A stretch of DNA of 64,000 nucleotides, taken from contig CAZQUL010000002.1 in the NCBI GenBank assembly GCA_964596525.1, positions 9,444-73,443 of the forward strand. Direction: 5' to 3'. Under the pieces are notes generated by a model. It made no database searches and was not told the DNA's origin. It was given only the letters and a program-made list of their open reading frames with translations. The stretch comes from an uncultured Gammaproteobacteria bacterium (GTDB lineage Bacteria > Patescibacteriota > Patescibacteriia > Magasanikbacterales > GWA2-37-8). The position numbers were made by a program, and so were the translations under genes. Below, one piece after another: positions 29,707-38,852 of this stretch. Each line of letters opens with the position of its first letter. Positions within the stretch are counted from its first letter, which is position 1.

Positions 29707-30822
29707 TTGAAACCTGAGCATATGACGCACCGAAACTTCGCCGGCACGGCTCTACTTTTTTTCATGCTCACCGGAGCAGGCTGCGTAGCTCGTGCCCAAA
29801 CCACACCCCCAATCACATCCTACCTTCCACCGAAGTATGTTCCACCCTACGAGGGAAGCCCTATCGAATCAACCCTTTTTTCGCTCGGCACAAGAGCAGT
29901 CGACAACGACGGCCTCGTTTTTGAAATACCCGCTAAGCTCGAAATAGTACAGGAAGCAAGTTCATCGATAGCGTTCGCGCTTGCAGGGCATTCTTCCAAA
30001 GACCGAATAACTTTAACCGTTAACCGTATAACAAAAAAAGAGTATGATACCCATTTTCCGAACGACGTGCATTACGAATTTCCTATCCATAATGGATCCC
30101 TAACACGAATAAACGATCTAGGACAGCAGTACCTTATAAATATAAATGCGAACTATTTTAAAGTACGTTGGATACACACCGGAAAAAATACTGGCGAACC
30201 AAGCGAGGCTGATATTGAAATGATTATGGAAAAGATTAAGCTCAGCACCGAACGACTGCCTTTGCCTGTAACCGGACCTCGTTCACCCATCGATACGCGT
30301 AAACCGATATCGGCTCCAACCCCAACGCACCCGCTACCAACACCTATCACACCAACGACCACTGCAGATGATGACGTAGCTTCTGAAGCACCCAAAAGCA
30401 TCCTCGAACGAAATGGGCGGCCCAACGGCTTTGACACCCCGACTGATCCAACGAATCCTCGGTTCAGCTATCTTTCGTATAGCAATCCGGAAGGAGATGC
30501 CGCGCCTTCATCGACCGCAGTAAACAGCATTTGGCGCTACGACACGCTCACAAGCGTGGCTACGCCGATCTACCAAGAAACTAGCACCACAGGCGCGTTA
30601 CGGATCGTCAGCATTGAAGGTGCGCACCTCATACTTTTGAGGGACACCGGTGAAGAAGCTTTTGGCGCATGCACCGATCTGTGGTACGGGCACGAGGAAC
30701 ATTTTTTCTATCTTGATGTGCGTGCGCCTGCCAACGGCCTGCGACCCTACAGCGTACCATCAGAAAAACTTAGTACAGGTAAAAATCGGCAAGAAGCGTG
30801 TTTGAGGGCACTGCATTCATAA
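29707..30822 (+). CDS. Hypothetical lipoprotein
   Basis: LTGAGC lipobox; Pro/Thr linker; CAGGAGGG SD before TTG start. Confidence 0.7.
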   Translation: MKPEHMTHRNFAGTALLFFMLTGAGCVARAQTTPPITSYLPPKYVPPYEGSPIESTLFSLGTRAVDNDGLVFEIPAKLEIVQEASSSIAFALAGHSSKDRITLTVNRITKKEYDTHFPNDVHYEFPIHNGSLTRINDLGQQYLININANYFKVRWIHTGKNTGEPSEADIEMIMEKIKLSTERLPLPVTGPRSPIDTRKPISAPTPTHPLPTPITPTTTADDDVASEAPKSILERNGRPNGFDTPTDPTNPRFSYLSYSNPEGDAAPSSTAVNSIWRYDTLTSVATPIYQETSTTGALRIVSIEGAHLILLRDTGEEAFGACTDLWYGHEEHFFYLDVRAPANGLRPYSVPSEKLSTGKNRQEACLRALHS

Positions 30823-31021
30823 TATAAACATTTCCAACTACAGATCGTCACCACCGAGTTCGATAAAGGCATACATGGTTTTATCCATGGAAAATATAGC
30901 TGCACCCTAAAAATTAATCTGAAAGAAGTTGTTAAGCCGCCTTGAAAGGCGGCTTACGCATAGTCTTGCGTTCTAACATCAAGTACGGTAGCCTAACGAG
31001 CGTCAACCAGAGGAGGTCGCC

Positions 31022-31693
31022 ATGAGCCCACTGCCCTATCCGTATCGGCATTTCACGTTTCTGACAGCACTCTTTTCCACCGCGCTCATCGTATCGAACA
31101 TCATCGCGGTGAAGCTCGTCGCAGTCGGCGGATGGTCGCCATCAGCCGGAGTGTTCACCATCCCCATCGCCTATGTCATCGGCGACATGATGACCGAGGT
31201 GTACGGAGCACGGCAGGCCCGCCGAGCTATTTTGACGGCATTCGGCATGCTCTCGTTTACGATGCTTACCATCCTTCTTACCACGCACGCCACACCATCC
31301 GCTTTCTGGCACAAGCAGGCAGCGTTCCAAGAGACGTTTGGCCTCATGCCGCGCGTCGCAGCCGCGAGCCTCGCCGCCTATTTGGCCGGCGGACTCATTA
31401 ACTCCCACGCCTTTGCCGCCATCCGCCGGCAGACCGGCGAGCGCCATTTCTACCTGCGCGCCCTCGCCTCGACCATCATCGGTGAGGCCGTCGATACCGC
31501 GCTCTTTCTTATGATCGCCTTCGGCGCGCGCTGGAATTTGGAGCACCTGTGGACTATCGGTTGGCAGAACTACCTGGTTAAGGTCGCTCTCGAGATTCCC
31601 GTCCTGCCGTTCACCTACCTTGCGGTCGCCTGGCTTAAGCGCGAGGAATGCGAAGCTATGCGCCAGCACTACGAACTGGTCACTTCTTCATAG
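31022..31693 (+). CDS. Queuosine precursor transporter (YhhQ/VUT family)
   Basis: SNIIAVK, GDMMTEVYG...ARR, RVAAASLAAYL, LRALASTIIGEAVDT. Confidence 0.9.
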   Translation: MSPLPYPYRHFTFLTALFSTALIVSNIIAVKLVAVGGWSPSAGVFTIPIAYVIGDMMTEVYGARQARRAILTAFGMLSFTMLTILLTTHATPSAFWHKQAAFQETFGLMPRVAAASLAAYLAGGLINSHAFAAIRRQTGERHFYLRALASTIIGEAVDTALFLMIAFGARWNLEHLWTIGWQNYLVKVALEIPVLPFTYLAVAWLKREECEAMRQHYELVTSS

Positions 31694-31794
31694 CATCCTA
31701 CCGTCCTGCACGCACAGGACGGTTTTCAATTTTCTATGAAAACCTGTTGACAAAATTATAGAAAAAAGATGAATTAAAGACGGAGGTGCTGTTC

Positions 31795-32721
31795 ATGCTA
31801 GAAGGACTAACGAGATTGGGCTTTAAGAAGTACGCCTTACTGCACACCATCTGGACAATCAATGTGGAAACACGCATTCTTGTCCGACAGGGCAATCCGG
31901 AGGGCAGGATATTCTTCTTCATTGCCGGATTCCTTCAGTCGATGAGCTCGTGGGAAGCCCTCATCCGCGATGTATGGGGCGAGGCGCGCGGCGATACACT
32001 TATCATCTGCGGCCGGCGGGGTGAAGGTACTGAACCGCCGCGGTATGCCAGCCTACTACCGCTCTGGTGGCAGTACCTCGAGGTGCGCACCATCGTCGAA
32101 CATCTCATCGACCAGGGAATAATTAACCGACGCACGACCATTGTCGGGCACTCGCTCGGCGCCGTATTCGGCCGCAAGCTTGTTCGCGATTTTCCGGCGG
32201 TATTTAACCATTTGGTGCAAATCGCACCAACGTCGGATGTGCGGTTTGCGCTGCTGCGCAGTGATTTATTCTGGAAAAACGGTGGTCTGGCAGCTATCCC
32301 GCACGCTATAAAAGCACTGATGCCGCCTTGGCGCGGGGGTTATTTGCCCCTACGTCTTTTGCAACAACTTTTCACCCCACGCACGATTTCTTGTGCGGAA
32401 CTCGACTTGTATGCACGCAGCACGGTGCTGGATTCGGTAGCAGTATTCGTAAGCCTTTTGTTCACGTACGCTGGCGGCGAATTGGAAAAAGCTAAAAAGC
32501 GTGGCTGGGCCGGACGCACCACGATCATAGCATGTCCAGACGATAACGTGACGCCCTTATCTTCTATACGGAGATTGGCTGGCCGCTATAGCCGAGCAGG
32601 GATCCCCACCGCGCTTTTCGAACTTGCCCCGGGAACACCGCACTGCTGGTTTACGGCGAGCGCGGTACGCGAAACCAACCGACCGCTGCTCATCGCCGCC
32701 CTGCAAGATTATATTACCTAA
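31795..32721 (+). CDS. Alpha/beta-fold hydrolase
   Basis: VGHSLG nucleophile elbow, DDNVTP Asp, TPH His. Confidence 0.8.
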   Translation: MLEGLTRLGFKKYALLHTIWTINVETRILVRQGNPEGRIFFFIAGFLQSMSSWEALIRDVWGEARGDTLIICGRRGEGTEPPRYASLLPLWWQYLEVRTIVEHLIDQGIINRRTTIVGHSLGAVFGRKLVRDFPAVFNHLVQIAPTSDVRFALLRSDLFWKNGGLAAIPHAIKALMPPWRGGYLPLRLLQQLFTPRTISCAELDLYARSTVLDSVAVFVSLLFTYAGGELEKAKKRGWAGRTTIIACPDDNVTPLSSIRRLAGRYSRAGIPTALFELAPGTPHCWFTASAVRETNRPLLIAALQDYIT

Positions 32722-32832
32722 GAACTACATACCGCCTTCTCTGAAGCGCGGTTTTACATTTTAAGAATCAAAATTAAAAAACCGGGCGATGATTTTTCGC
32801 CAGGTCAATAAGGAGCGAACCAGAATTGATTA

Positions 32833-33048
32833 CTACGGGTTCGGATAGCCGCACCAGTCTCCTTCGGTTTTATTGGGATAGCACTGCGCATTCGTCACCC
32901 CGCAGCGTCGCTGGCATTCACTATCGCTCTTACACTCTTCTGATCCGCCGCAGGGGGTATAGGTTACAGCCCACACAGCACCGGCGAACAAAAGGATCGC
33001 CAGGATAATCAATACCGCAGCGCGCCGCCAAGCTCGTATCGGTCTCAT
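32833..33048 (-). CDS. Small membrane-anchored or secreted six-cysteine protein
   Basis: GGAGG SD, TTGACA-17-TACGAT promoter, hydrophobic N-terminus, six Cys in about 35 aa. Confidence 0.7.
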   Translation of the reverse strand: MRPIRAWRRAAVLIILAILLFAGAVWAVTYTPCGGSEECKSDSECQRRCGVTNAQCYPNKTEGDWCGYPNP

Positions 33049-33124
33049 GTAATCCTCCGTATGTTATGCAGCAGAAAAATCGTATCGACGCTTACCGAAT
33101 TTGTCAATAGTATGTCGGGATAAC

Positions 33125-34231
33125 TTAGTGGATAAACATGGCATCTCCAAAACTATAAAACCGGTACTCGTCTCTAACCGCCGCCTGGTAACACTCCAGC
33201 GTAAAGCGCGTATCACCTATAAAAGCAGCGACAAGCATAAGAAGCGTAGACTGCGGTAAGTGAAAATTAGTGATGAGCGCGTCAATTATACGAAACGTAA
33301 AGCCCGGCGTAATAAAGAGATTAAGATCTCCAGAAAAAGGGGCGAGTGGCCGGTTCTTGCCATTAAAGCCCTGCTCGAGAGCCAAACCTTCGAGCACGCG
33401 CACACTGGTAGTGCCGACCGCGATGACGCGACGGCCTTCGGTTTTTGCCCGGTTGATGCGCGCTGCTGCTTCCGGCGAGAGTTCCACCCATTCACTGTGC
33501 ATGGCATGATCTTCGACCCGCTCGGTTTTAACCGGCAAGAAGGTGCCCAAGCCTACATGGAGGGTTACCTCGGCAAACTCAACCCCCTTGGTTTTTATTT
33601 TTTCAATCAACTCCGGCGTGAAATGAAAACCAGCCGTTGGCGCAGCTACCGATCCTTCATGCTTGGCATAAACCGTTTGATACCGCTCCCCTATCGCCTG
33701 GCCAGCTATGGGCGCGACATAAGGCGGCAACGGCACTTCGCCGTAGCGGTTTGCTTTGGTGCGCACCTCCTCTTGGGAAGAGGGAAATTGAACAAGAAGG
33801 GTGCCGTCATTTTCTTTTACTAAAACTTCACACCAGAAATCATCGGCAAAAACCACTTTCATGCCGAGGTGCAGTTTACGACCCGGTTTGGCGAGCACTT
33901 TCCAAACACCCGGATTTTCCATTGGTCGGACGAGGAAAACTTCGATCCGACGCCGGTTATTGAGGATAACATCAGAACTCTCCTCGGGCGGTTTGACGAC
34001 CGCTTCGTTAAGCATTGGTACGCCAAAAAGACGCGCTTTGAACACCTTCGAATTATTCCAAACCAAGAGATCACCCGGCCGTAGATGATCGATGATATCA
34101 AAAAAGTGCTTATCTAGGCGCGTTTTGGCGCGACGATCTACTACCATAAGCCGGGAATGATCGCGCGGCTCACAGGGCGTCTGAGCAATGCGTTCTTGGG
34201 GAAGATGATAATCAAAATCCGAGGTGAGCAT
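33125..34231 (-). CDS. queA: S-adenosylmethionine:tRNA ribosyltransferase-isomerase
   Basis: FDYHLP..IAQ, PLPPY, YQTVYA, GSVAAPTAGFHF, LHVGLGTF, TNFHLPQSTL, YRFYSFGDAM. Confidence 0.98.
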   Translation of the reverse strand: MLTSDFDYHLPQERIAQTPCEPRDHSRLMVVDRRAKTRLDKHFFDIIDHLRPGDLLVWNNSKVFKARLFGVPMLNEAVVKPPEESSDVILNNRRRIEVFLVRPMENPGVWKVLAKPGRKLHLGMKVVFADDFWCEVLVKENDGTLLVQFPSSQEEVRTKANRYGEVPLPPYVAPIAGQAIGERYQTVYAKHEGSVAAPTAGFHFTPELIEKIKTKGVEFAEVTLHVGLGTFLPVKTERVEDHAMHSEWVELSPEAAARINRAKTEGRRVIAVGTTSVRVLEGLALEQGFNGKNRPLAPFSGDLNLFITPGFTFRIIDALITNFHLPQSTLLMLVAAFIGDTRFTLECYQAAVRDEYRFYSFGDAMFIH

Positions 34232-34237
34232 AGAGAA

Positions 34238-35107
34238 TTATCGCAAATATCTATTTACTTTTGCCAGATGCTCATCGTATGTACGCGAGTAATGCACTGT
34301 TCCTTCACGGTCGGTTAAGAAATAAAAATAGTCGTTGGGTGTCGGATAGATTGCCGCTTCGATACTCGCGAGTGTGGGGTTGCCGATGGGTCCAAGCGGC
34401 AGACCAGAGTTTTTGTAGGTGTTCCAAGGCGAGTCCATGTCACGCTCCTGTTCGGTGGTAAACACATCGCCTGTGCGCGCACTCACGTAGTGTACGGTAG
34501 AATCGGCCTGAAGCCGCATGCCGCGCTTCTCACGGCGCCAAAAAATATCAGCCACCATCTTGCGATCGGTCGCTGTGCGAACCTCATCTTCAAGAACGCT
34601 CGCCATGGTAAGAATCTCAAAAAACGTTTTTCCCTGGGCATCGATTTCCTTAAGCCACTCCCCTGGTAAGCGCTGTTTAAAAACGCCAAAAATCTTTTTC
34701 AAAACTTCATCCGGTTTGGCATCAGCATACACGCGATACGTTTCGGGAAAGAGATATCCTTCATAAGAAATTGTCGCGGGCTTGCTAGCAAACAACGCAT
34801 CGTACTCGGTCGACGTGACGATGCGGCGGACCGGTTCGGCTTCGCCGCGGGTGCGGTAATCGGTTGCTGGCGCGCCGGTGTAATAGAATAGCTCATCTGG
34901 TGTGGTGAGCAGCCCCTTTTTTACCCAATCGTCGGCAATTTGGCGCAGATTCCAACCCGGAATAATGGTTATATTAATTTCTTGCCGCGGCACGGGGACG
35001 GGCGGAGCGGGTGGACGGCGATGGTCTAAGTAGAACCGGCCGCCGACAATAGCAAGGACCACGATAATTATGATGGAAATACCGTTGAGTATGGTTTTAA
35101 GCGACAC
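34238..35107 (-). CDS. mltG: Endolytic transglycosylase MltG (YceG family)
   Basis: EGYLFPETY, MASVLEDE, LQADST, SPWNTY..GLPLGPIGNP. Confidence 0.93.
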   Translation of the reverse strand: MSLKTILNGISIIIIVVLAIVGGRFYLDHRRPPAPPVPVPRQEINITIIPGWNLRQIADDWVKKGLLTTPDELFYYTGAPATDYRTRGEAEPVRRIVTSTEYDALFASKPATISYEGYLFPETYRVYADAKPDEVLKKIFGVFKQRLPGEWLKEIDAQGKTFFEILTMASVLEDEVRTATDRKMVADIFWRREKRGMRLQADSTVHYVSARTGDVFTTEQERDMDSPWNTYKNSGLPLGPIGNPTLASIEAAIYPTPNDYFYFLTDREGTVHYSRTYDEHLAKVNRYLR

Positions 35108-35124
35108 ATGCCAAGGAACAAGAA

Positions 35125-35814
35125 TTAAACACTACCCCACTTCTCGCGCGCCCACGTTAAGCGCTCGGGCACGCCAATGTCGATCCAGGGATGGTGGGAT
35201 TCAAAGACATCCACATTCTGCATCCGCGGAAAAACGTCATACTCCATGCTGAAGGCGGCGTGAGACGGAAAATGCTGCAGTGCTGCCGGGGTAAGAATAT
35301 AGAGCCCGCCATTGATGTAGCCGGGGTTAGCACGACCATCGCGCTTCTTGAATTCTCGCAAACGACCGTCTACATCGTACGCCAGGGTTTCGTACGTTCC
35401 CGCGTCATCGACGCGTGCACCGAGAATGATACCTTCGGAGTCAGAACGGAGCCGGTCGCGCATGGCCGTAATATCCACGGTCGTCAGAATATCGCCGTTC
35501 CAAACAATACTCGGCGCAGCGGTATTTTTAAGATGCTGCCACGCAAATTTAATGGCGCCGCCAGTACCGAGCTTTTCGGGTTCAACCGCATACACGAGCC
35601 GCACTCCTTGGCGTTCATCTCCGGCCATACTTTTGAGCACTTCAGCCAAATGACCAGCCGCAAGCACAACTTCGGCAACACCCGCGGCTTTGAGTTTTTC
35701 AAGCTGCCAATCCAGGACGGTTTTCCCCTTCACCTCAAGCAAGACTTTGGGTACCGCTTTGGTTATCTCGCCCAAGCGGGTAGAAAGCCCTCCGCAGAGA
35801 ATAATGGCGTTCAT
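35125..35814 (-). CDS. Sugar-phosphate nucleotidyltransferase family protein
   Basis: AIILCGGLSTRL...PKVLL, EPEKLGTGGA, NGD, WIDIG. Confidence 0.9.
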   Translation of the reverse strand: MNAIILCGGLSTRLGEITKAVPKVLLEVKGKTVLDWQLEKLKAAGVAEVVLAAGHLAEVLKSMAGDERQGVRLVYAVEPEKLGTGGAIKFAWQHLKNTAAPSIVWNGDILTTVDITAMRDRLRSDSEGIILGARVDDAGTYETLAYDVDGRLREFKKRDGRANPGYINGGLYILTPAALQHFPSHAAFSMEYDVFPRMQNVDVFESHHPWIDIGVPERLTWAREKWGSV

Positions 35815-35830
35815 ACCTACAAAGTATTAA

Positions 35831-36388
35831 TTACACTTTAGGACGGGCTGTTAAGTAATGCCAGGCCCGCCATGCTCCAGCCTCTTCAAAGGTGCCGCCG
35901 ATCTGACCTTTCTGCAAGGCGCACTCAAAATCGGCAAAGGCCATACGACACACCTCAATGTCTTCTGCGTCTTCGAGCTTTTGGTCTGTTGCCAGATAAG
36001 CACCGGTGGCAACAAAGTAATGCACGCGGCCGGTAGAATATTTGCCTTTAACACTCACACCTAACGCGGTGAGCTGTGAGGCTGCATAGCCTGTCTCTTC
36101 GAGGAGCTCTCGTTCCGCCGCTTGCATCGGGTCTTCGTGAGCGTCGAGCATACCGGCGACCGTAGTAAGCACATGCATTTCGCAAGCAAAAAAATATTGC
36201 TTGATGAGGATGATATCCCCTTCTGATGTCTCGGCGATGACAATCACCACATCCCCGCCCGGGCTAACTGTGATGGTTTTAGCAACCCCTTGCGGCGTTA
36301 TAAAATCCCACTCTTCAACAGAGCGCCAGGGATGCTTGAACACGGTGCGTTTAGCTTGGCATGCCCATGCCGAAGATGGAATGTTCAT
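35831..36388 (-). CDS. NUDIX hydrolase (ADP-ribose pyrophosphatase-like)
   Basis: AGMLDAHEDPMQAAERELLEETGY Nudix box. Confidence 0.9.
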   Translation of the reverse strand: MNIPSSAWACQAKRTVFKHPWRSVEEWDFITPQGVAKTITVSPGGDVVIVIAETSEGDIILIKQYFFACEMHVLTTVAGMLDAHEDPMQAAERELLEETGYAASQLTALGVSVKGKYSTGRVHYFVATGAYLATDQKLEDAEDIEVCRMAFADFECALQKGQIGGTFEEAGAWRAWHYLTARPKV

Positions 36389-36948
36389 ACGAAAGGCCAC
36401 AAGCGCATAACGAGCACCTCAGCTGGCCACACCATGGTAAGCCCGCTCCACATAACGAGAAGCAGCGCAAGCACTATGCCGCCAAGCACATCATGCAGAT
36501 AATGTACACCGACCACGACGCGCCCCAAAGCTACGAGTATTGCCATCACCGCAAACACTCCCACCCAAGGAAGCGAAAAACACACCGCGCAAAACAAGAC
36601 CAGAAATGCACCAAACGCATGATTTGAAGGAAACGACTTGTGCGTCATGAGCGGAATAAAGAGCGGCTTAATCTGCGGTACAGCAAGGTAAGGGCGGGGT
36701 TCTTTGAGAGTACGAGCGATCAGCATGCTGGCCGCGAGCCCAACGGTGAGGAGCAACCCCACTGTAGTGATAACAGCACCGTAGCGCGGCAAGCTGTCGC
36801 CGTAGCGTACATAGGCCGCCACCGCAAACCAGGCCAGCATGGTCGGGAGCACAAACTCGGCCGCCACGCGCGCAAGAGCATCGAACCACGGATTGCGATG
36901 CGTTAAACCATTAAGCAGCACGGTCAGTTCACGGGAAAACGCTCCCAT
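36385..36948 (-). CDS. PAP2-family phosphatase (undecaprenyl-diphosphatase-like)
   Basis: PRP, SFPSNH, GRVVVGVHYLHDVLGG. Confidence 0.9.
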   Translation of the reverse strand: MGAFSRELTVLLNGLTHRNPWFDALARVAAEFVLPTMLAWFAVAAYVRYGDSLPRYGAVITTVGLLLTVGLAASMLIARTLKEPRPYLAVPQIKPLFIPLMTHKSFPSNHAFGAFLVLFCAVCFSLPWVGVFAVMAILVALGRVVVGVHYLHDVLGGIVLALLLVMWSGLTMVWPAEVLVMRLWPFV

Positions 36949-37063
36949 ACAGAGGATTGTTCTTAAGGATAAGGTAAAATCATACTAACATGAGATAGAA
37001 CGGAGAACAACCTACACGAGAGCTTGAAAAAGCGCTCACATATGCTATAGTTGCCCCATTCCA

Positions 37064-37137
37064 GCGCGTATAGCTCAGGGGTTACCCGTCCGCCTCGCCT
37101 GGCTCGGCTGGCGGGCGGGGGGTGCCATCCTTAAAAG
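37064..37137 (+). pseudogene. Degenerate 5' copy of the downstream tRNA, interrupted by a 35-nt palindrome
   Basis: 21 nt identical to the tRNA 5' end (GCGCGTATAGCTCAGGGGTTA), then CCCGTCCGCC...GGCGGGCGGG, then GGGTGCCATCCTTAAAAG resembling GAGCGCCACCCTTATAAG. Confidence 0.75.
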
Positions 37138-37171
37138 TTGCGAGTAAGGGAAAAGATCACACGTACTTTTT

Positions 37172-37244
37172 GCGCGTATAGCTCAGGGGTTAGAGCGCCA
37201 CCCTTATAAGGTGGATGTCGATGGTTCAATTCCATCTACGCGCA
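37172..37244 (+). tRNA. tRNA-Ile with TAT (UAU) anticodon
   Basis: Acceptor GCGCGTA/TACGCGC, D-arm GCTC/GAGC, anticodon stem CCACC/GGTGG with loop CT-TAT-AA, T-arm GATGG-TTCAATT-CCATC, discriminator A; CCA not encoded. Confidence 0.93.
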
Positions 37245-37360
37245 CGCATTTTTCTTCTCAGTTGACAGAAAATCTACCAGTTGGTAGGGTGACTGGTCCG
37301 AGCCCTGCTCGGCATGATCTTTTCAGCATTCTTTAGCAACAAATAGAGGATGGTGATGCC

Positions 37361-38764
37361 ATGTCTGACCATCGGCCTTTTGACCCGCTGGCCTACGATT
37401 ACACACCAGAAGCGCAGGAAGTCCTTATCGAGCGTATCGAAACGAGTAATCCGATTCTTGGTGAACGACTCCGAAAATCGCGGGTCGGTGGTGGTAAGGC
37501 GTTTGGTTTAACGCTGTGCGAAGACATCGCACGACGCATCAAAGCAGATCAACGATTCAGCGTAGAACTAGACGTTCCGCGTTGGGAAATGTTTGAACCT
37601 GGAGCGCTGGCTACCCCCCACGAAGAGTCTGCTAAAAGGAGTTGGTTAGAGCGGCTTTTGGGGCGGACATCTCCCCAACCAAAAATCTCTACCAAGCGCC
37701 GTGTGGCCAGCTGGGGGATTTTTTCCCCCATCCTGCGCAGTTCGGCGCCGGACGAAGACTGGCTAAACGGTGAAAGCGGAGTCGCAGAAAGCTACCCACC
37801 AAACTGCTTTTACACCTGGCAGGAGACGGTCGAAAAATTTACCAGCACCTACCCTGGTCAACCGTTCGTGGTGCAGCGTTATCACGAAGGCGTCGGCATC
37901 GTCGTGGATATCGCTTGGAGCCGTCTTCTCAAGCGGGTTATTGCGCGTGTGGCTTGGGGTCGACAAGGGTTCTATGCCGGACAAATCACCTTCAGCTCCG
38001 CCACCTGGGACAGCCAAGGTCCGCAAGGAATTTTCTGCCCTCTGAGCGGTAAAGAAATCTGCCCCCTGCAGAGCTCGTTACCCCTATGTACCGAGCCGCA
38101 CTCAAGCGCCCAGCTGGCACAAGCCCTGTACCAAGCTGTTCTCGACATGAATATCCGGATCGGACTTCAGTTCGAATTGGTGGCCGACCACCGCTCGAGA
38201 TATTTCCATCTGGTACAGGTGCGCCCAAGTCCACTTCGGGTTCGCCCACCCGAGGGATATGTCGATACGATACCGACTCAGCCACCCTTGCTTATCTCAC
38301 CCAGCGTTAGTCGCGCTTTCTCTGTGGAAGCTCCGGCGATGATTGCTCGGATGAGAAGCGGCAATCACGGGCAAGAGAACCTCAGAACCCTGGCAAATGC
38401 TCAAGGAAGAGCGGTCGAAGACGTAGTAAAAAACCGGATCGTGGTGTGGGACGATCATTTCAACAAACACTGCGCCGAAGACGACCTGGGGTATACTGAA
38501 GCGCACGGTGCCGTGGGTCAAATCGCGATAAGCATTATCAACTCCACCTCGCACGGTAATCCCTCTCGGGATTACCCTAAACAACACGAGCAGCGTAAGA
38601 AGCTTTATCAGACTCTCTGCGCCATCGGTACGAACCTGCAACGGATTAGGCTCCCCTCTTCAAAAATGGAAGCGCACCACGATATTGTGGAGCGTATTGC
38701 CGCGCACCCCGGTTCAGTCCTTATCATCTCCGACGGCCTTGTCGGAGCAATCTATCTCACATAA
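37361..38764 (+). CDS. Divergent PEP-synthase/PPDK-like ATP-grasp protein with possible phospho-His domain
   Basis: ILRSSAPDED..G, FVVQ, QFE, FHLVQVRP, and C-terminal TSHG. Confidence 0.6.
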   Translation: MSDHRPFDPLAYDYTPEAQEVLIERIETSNPILGERLRKSRVGGGKAFGLTLCEDIARRIKADQRFSVELDVPRWEMFEPGALATPHEESAKRSWLERLLGRTSPQPKISTKRRVASWGIFSPILRSSAPDEDWLNGESGVAESYPPNCFYTWQETVEKFTSTYPGQPFVVQRYHEGVGIVVDIAWSRLLKRVIARVAWGRQGFYAGQITFSSATWDSQGPQGIFCPLSGKEICPLQSSLPLCTEPHSSAQLAQALYQAVLDMNIRIGLQFELVADHRSRYFHLVQVRPSPLRVRPPEGYVDTIPTQPPLLISPSVSRAFSVEAPAMIARMRSGNHGQENLRTLANAQGRAVEDVVKNRIVVWDDHFNKHCAEDDLGYTEAHGAVGQIAISIINSTSHGNPSRDYPKQHEQRKKLYQTLCAIGTNLQRIRLPSSKMEAHHDIVERIAAHPGSVLIISDGLVGAIYLT

Positions 38765-38852
38765 TTAAGCCGCCGTTTTAGGCGGCTGTTTATATCCTTG
38801 AAAAGAGCAGTTTTTATGCTATAGTTATAGAATTCAGGAATTAACATCTTGT

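Noticed and set aside
30890-30920. TAGCTGCACCCTAAAAATTAA resembling the 3' part of a preQ1-I riboswitch upstream of the queuosine precursor transporter
   Set aside because: No 5' strand to form P1, and a terminator-like hairpin and a probable promoter separate it from the gene.
30823-30945. About 40 in-frame sense codons after the stop of the 29707 lipoprotein (possible readthrough)
   Set aside because: A run this short is expected by chance, and TAA is used as a normal stop throughout.
33950-34020. Short insertion in QueA with small hairpins, as a possible in-frame palindromic element
   Set aside because: Stems are only about 5 bp, with no similarity to the repeats seen elsewhere in the window.
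37064-37192. 21-nt direct repeat as a CRISPR repeat or prophage att site
   Set aside because: Only two copies; it matches the tRNA 5' end rather than the 3' end; there are no cas or integrase genes.
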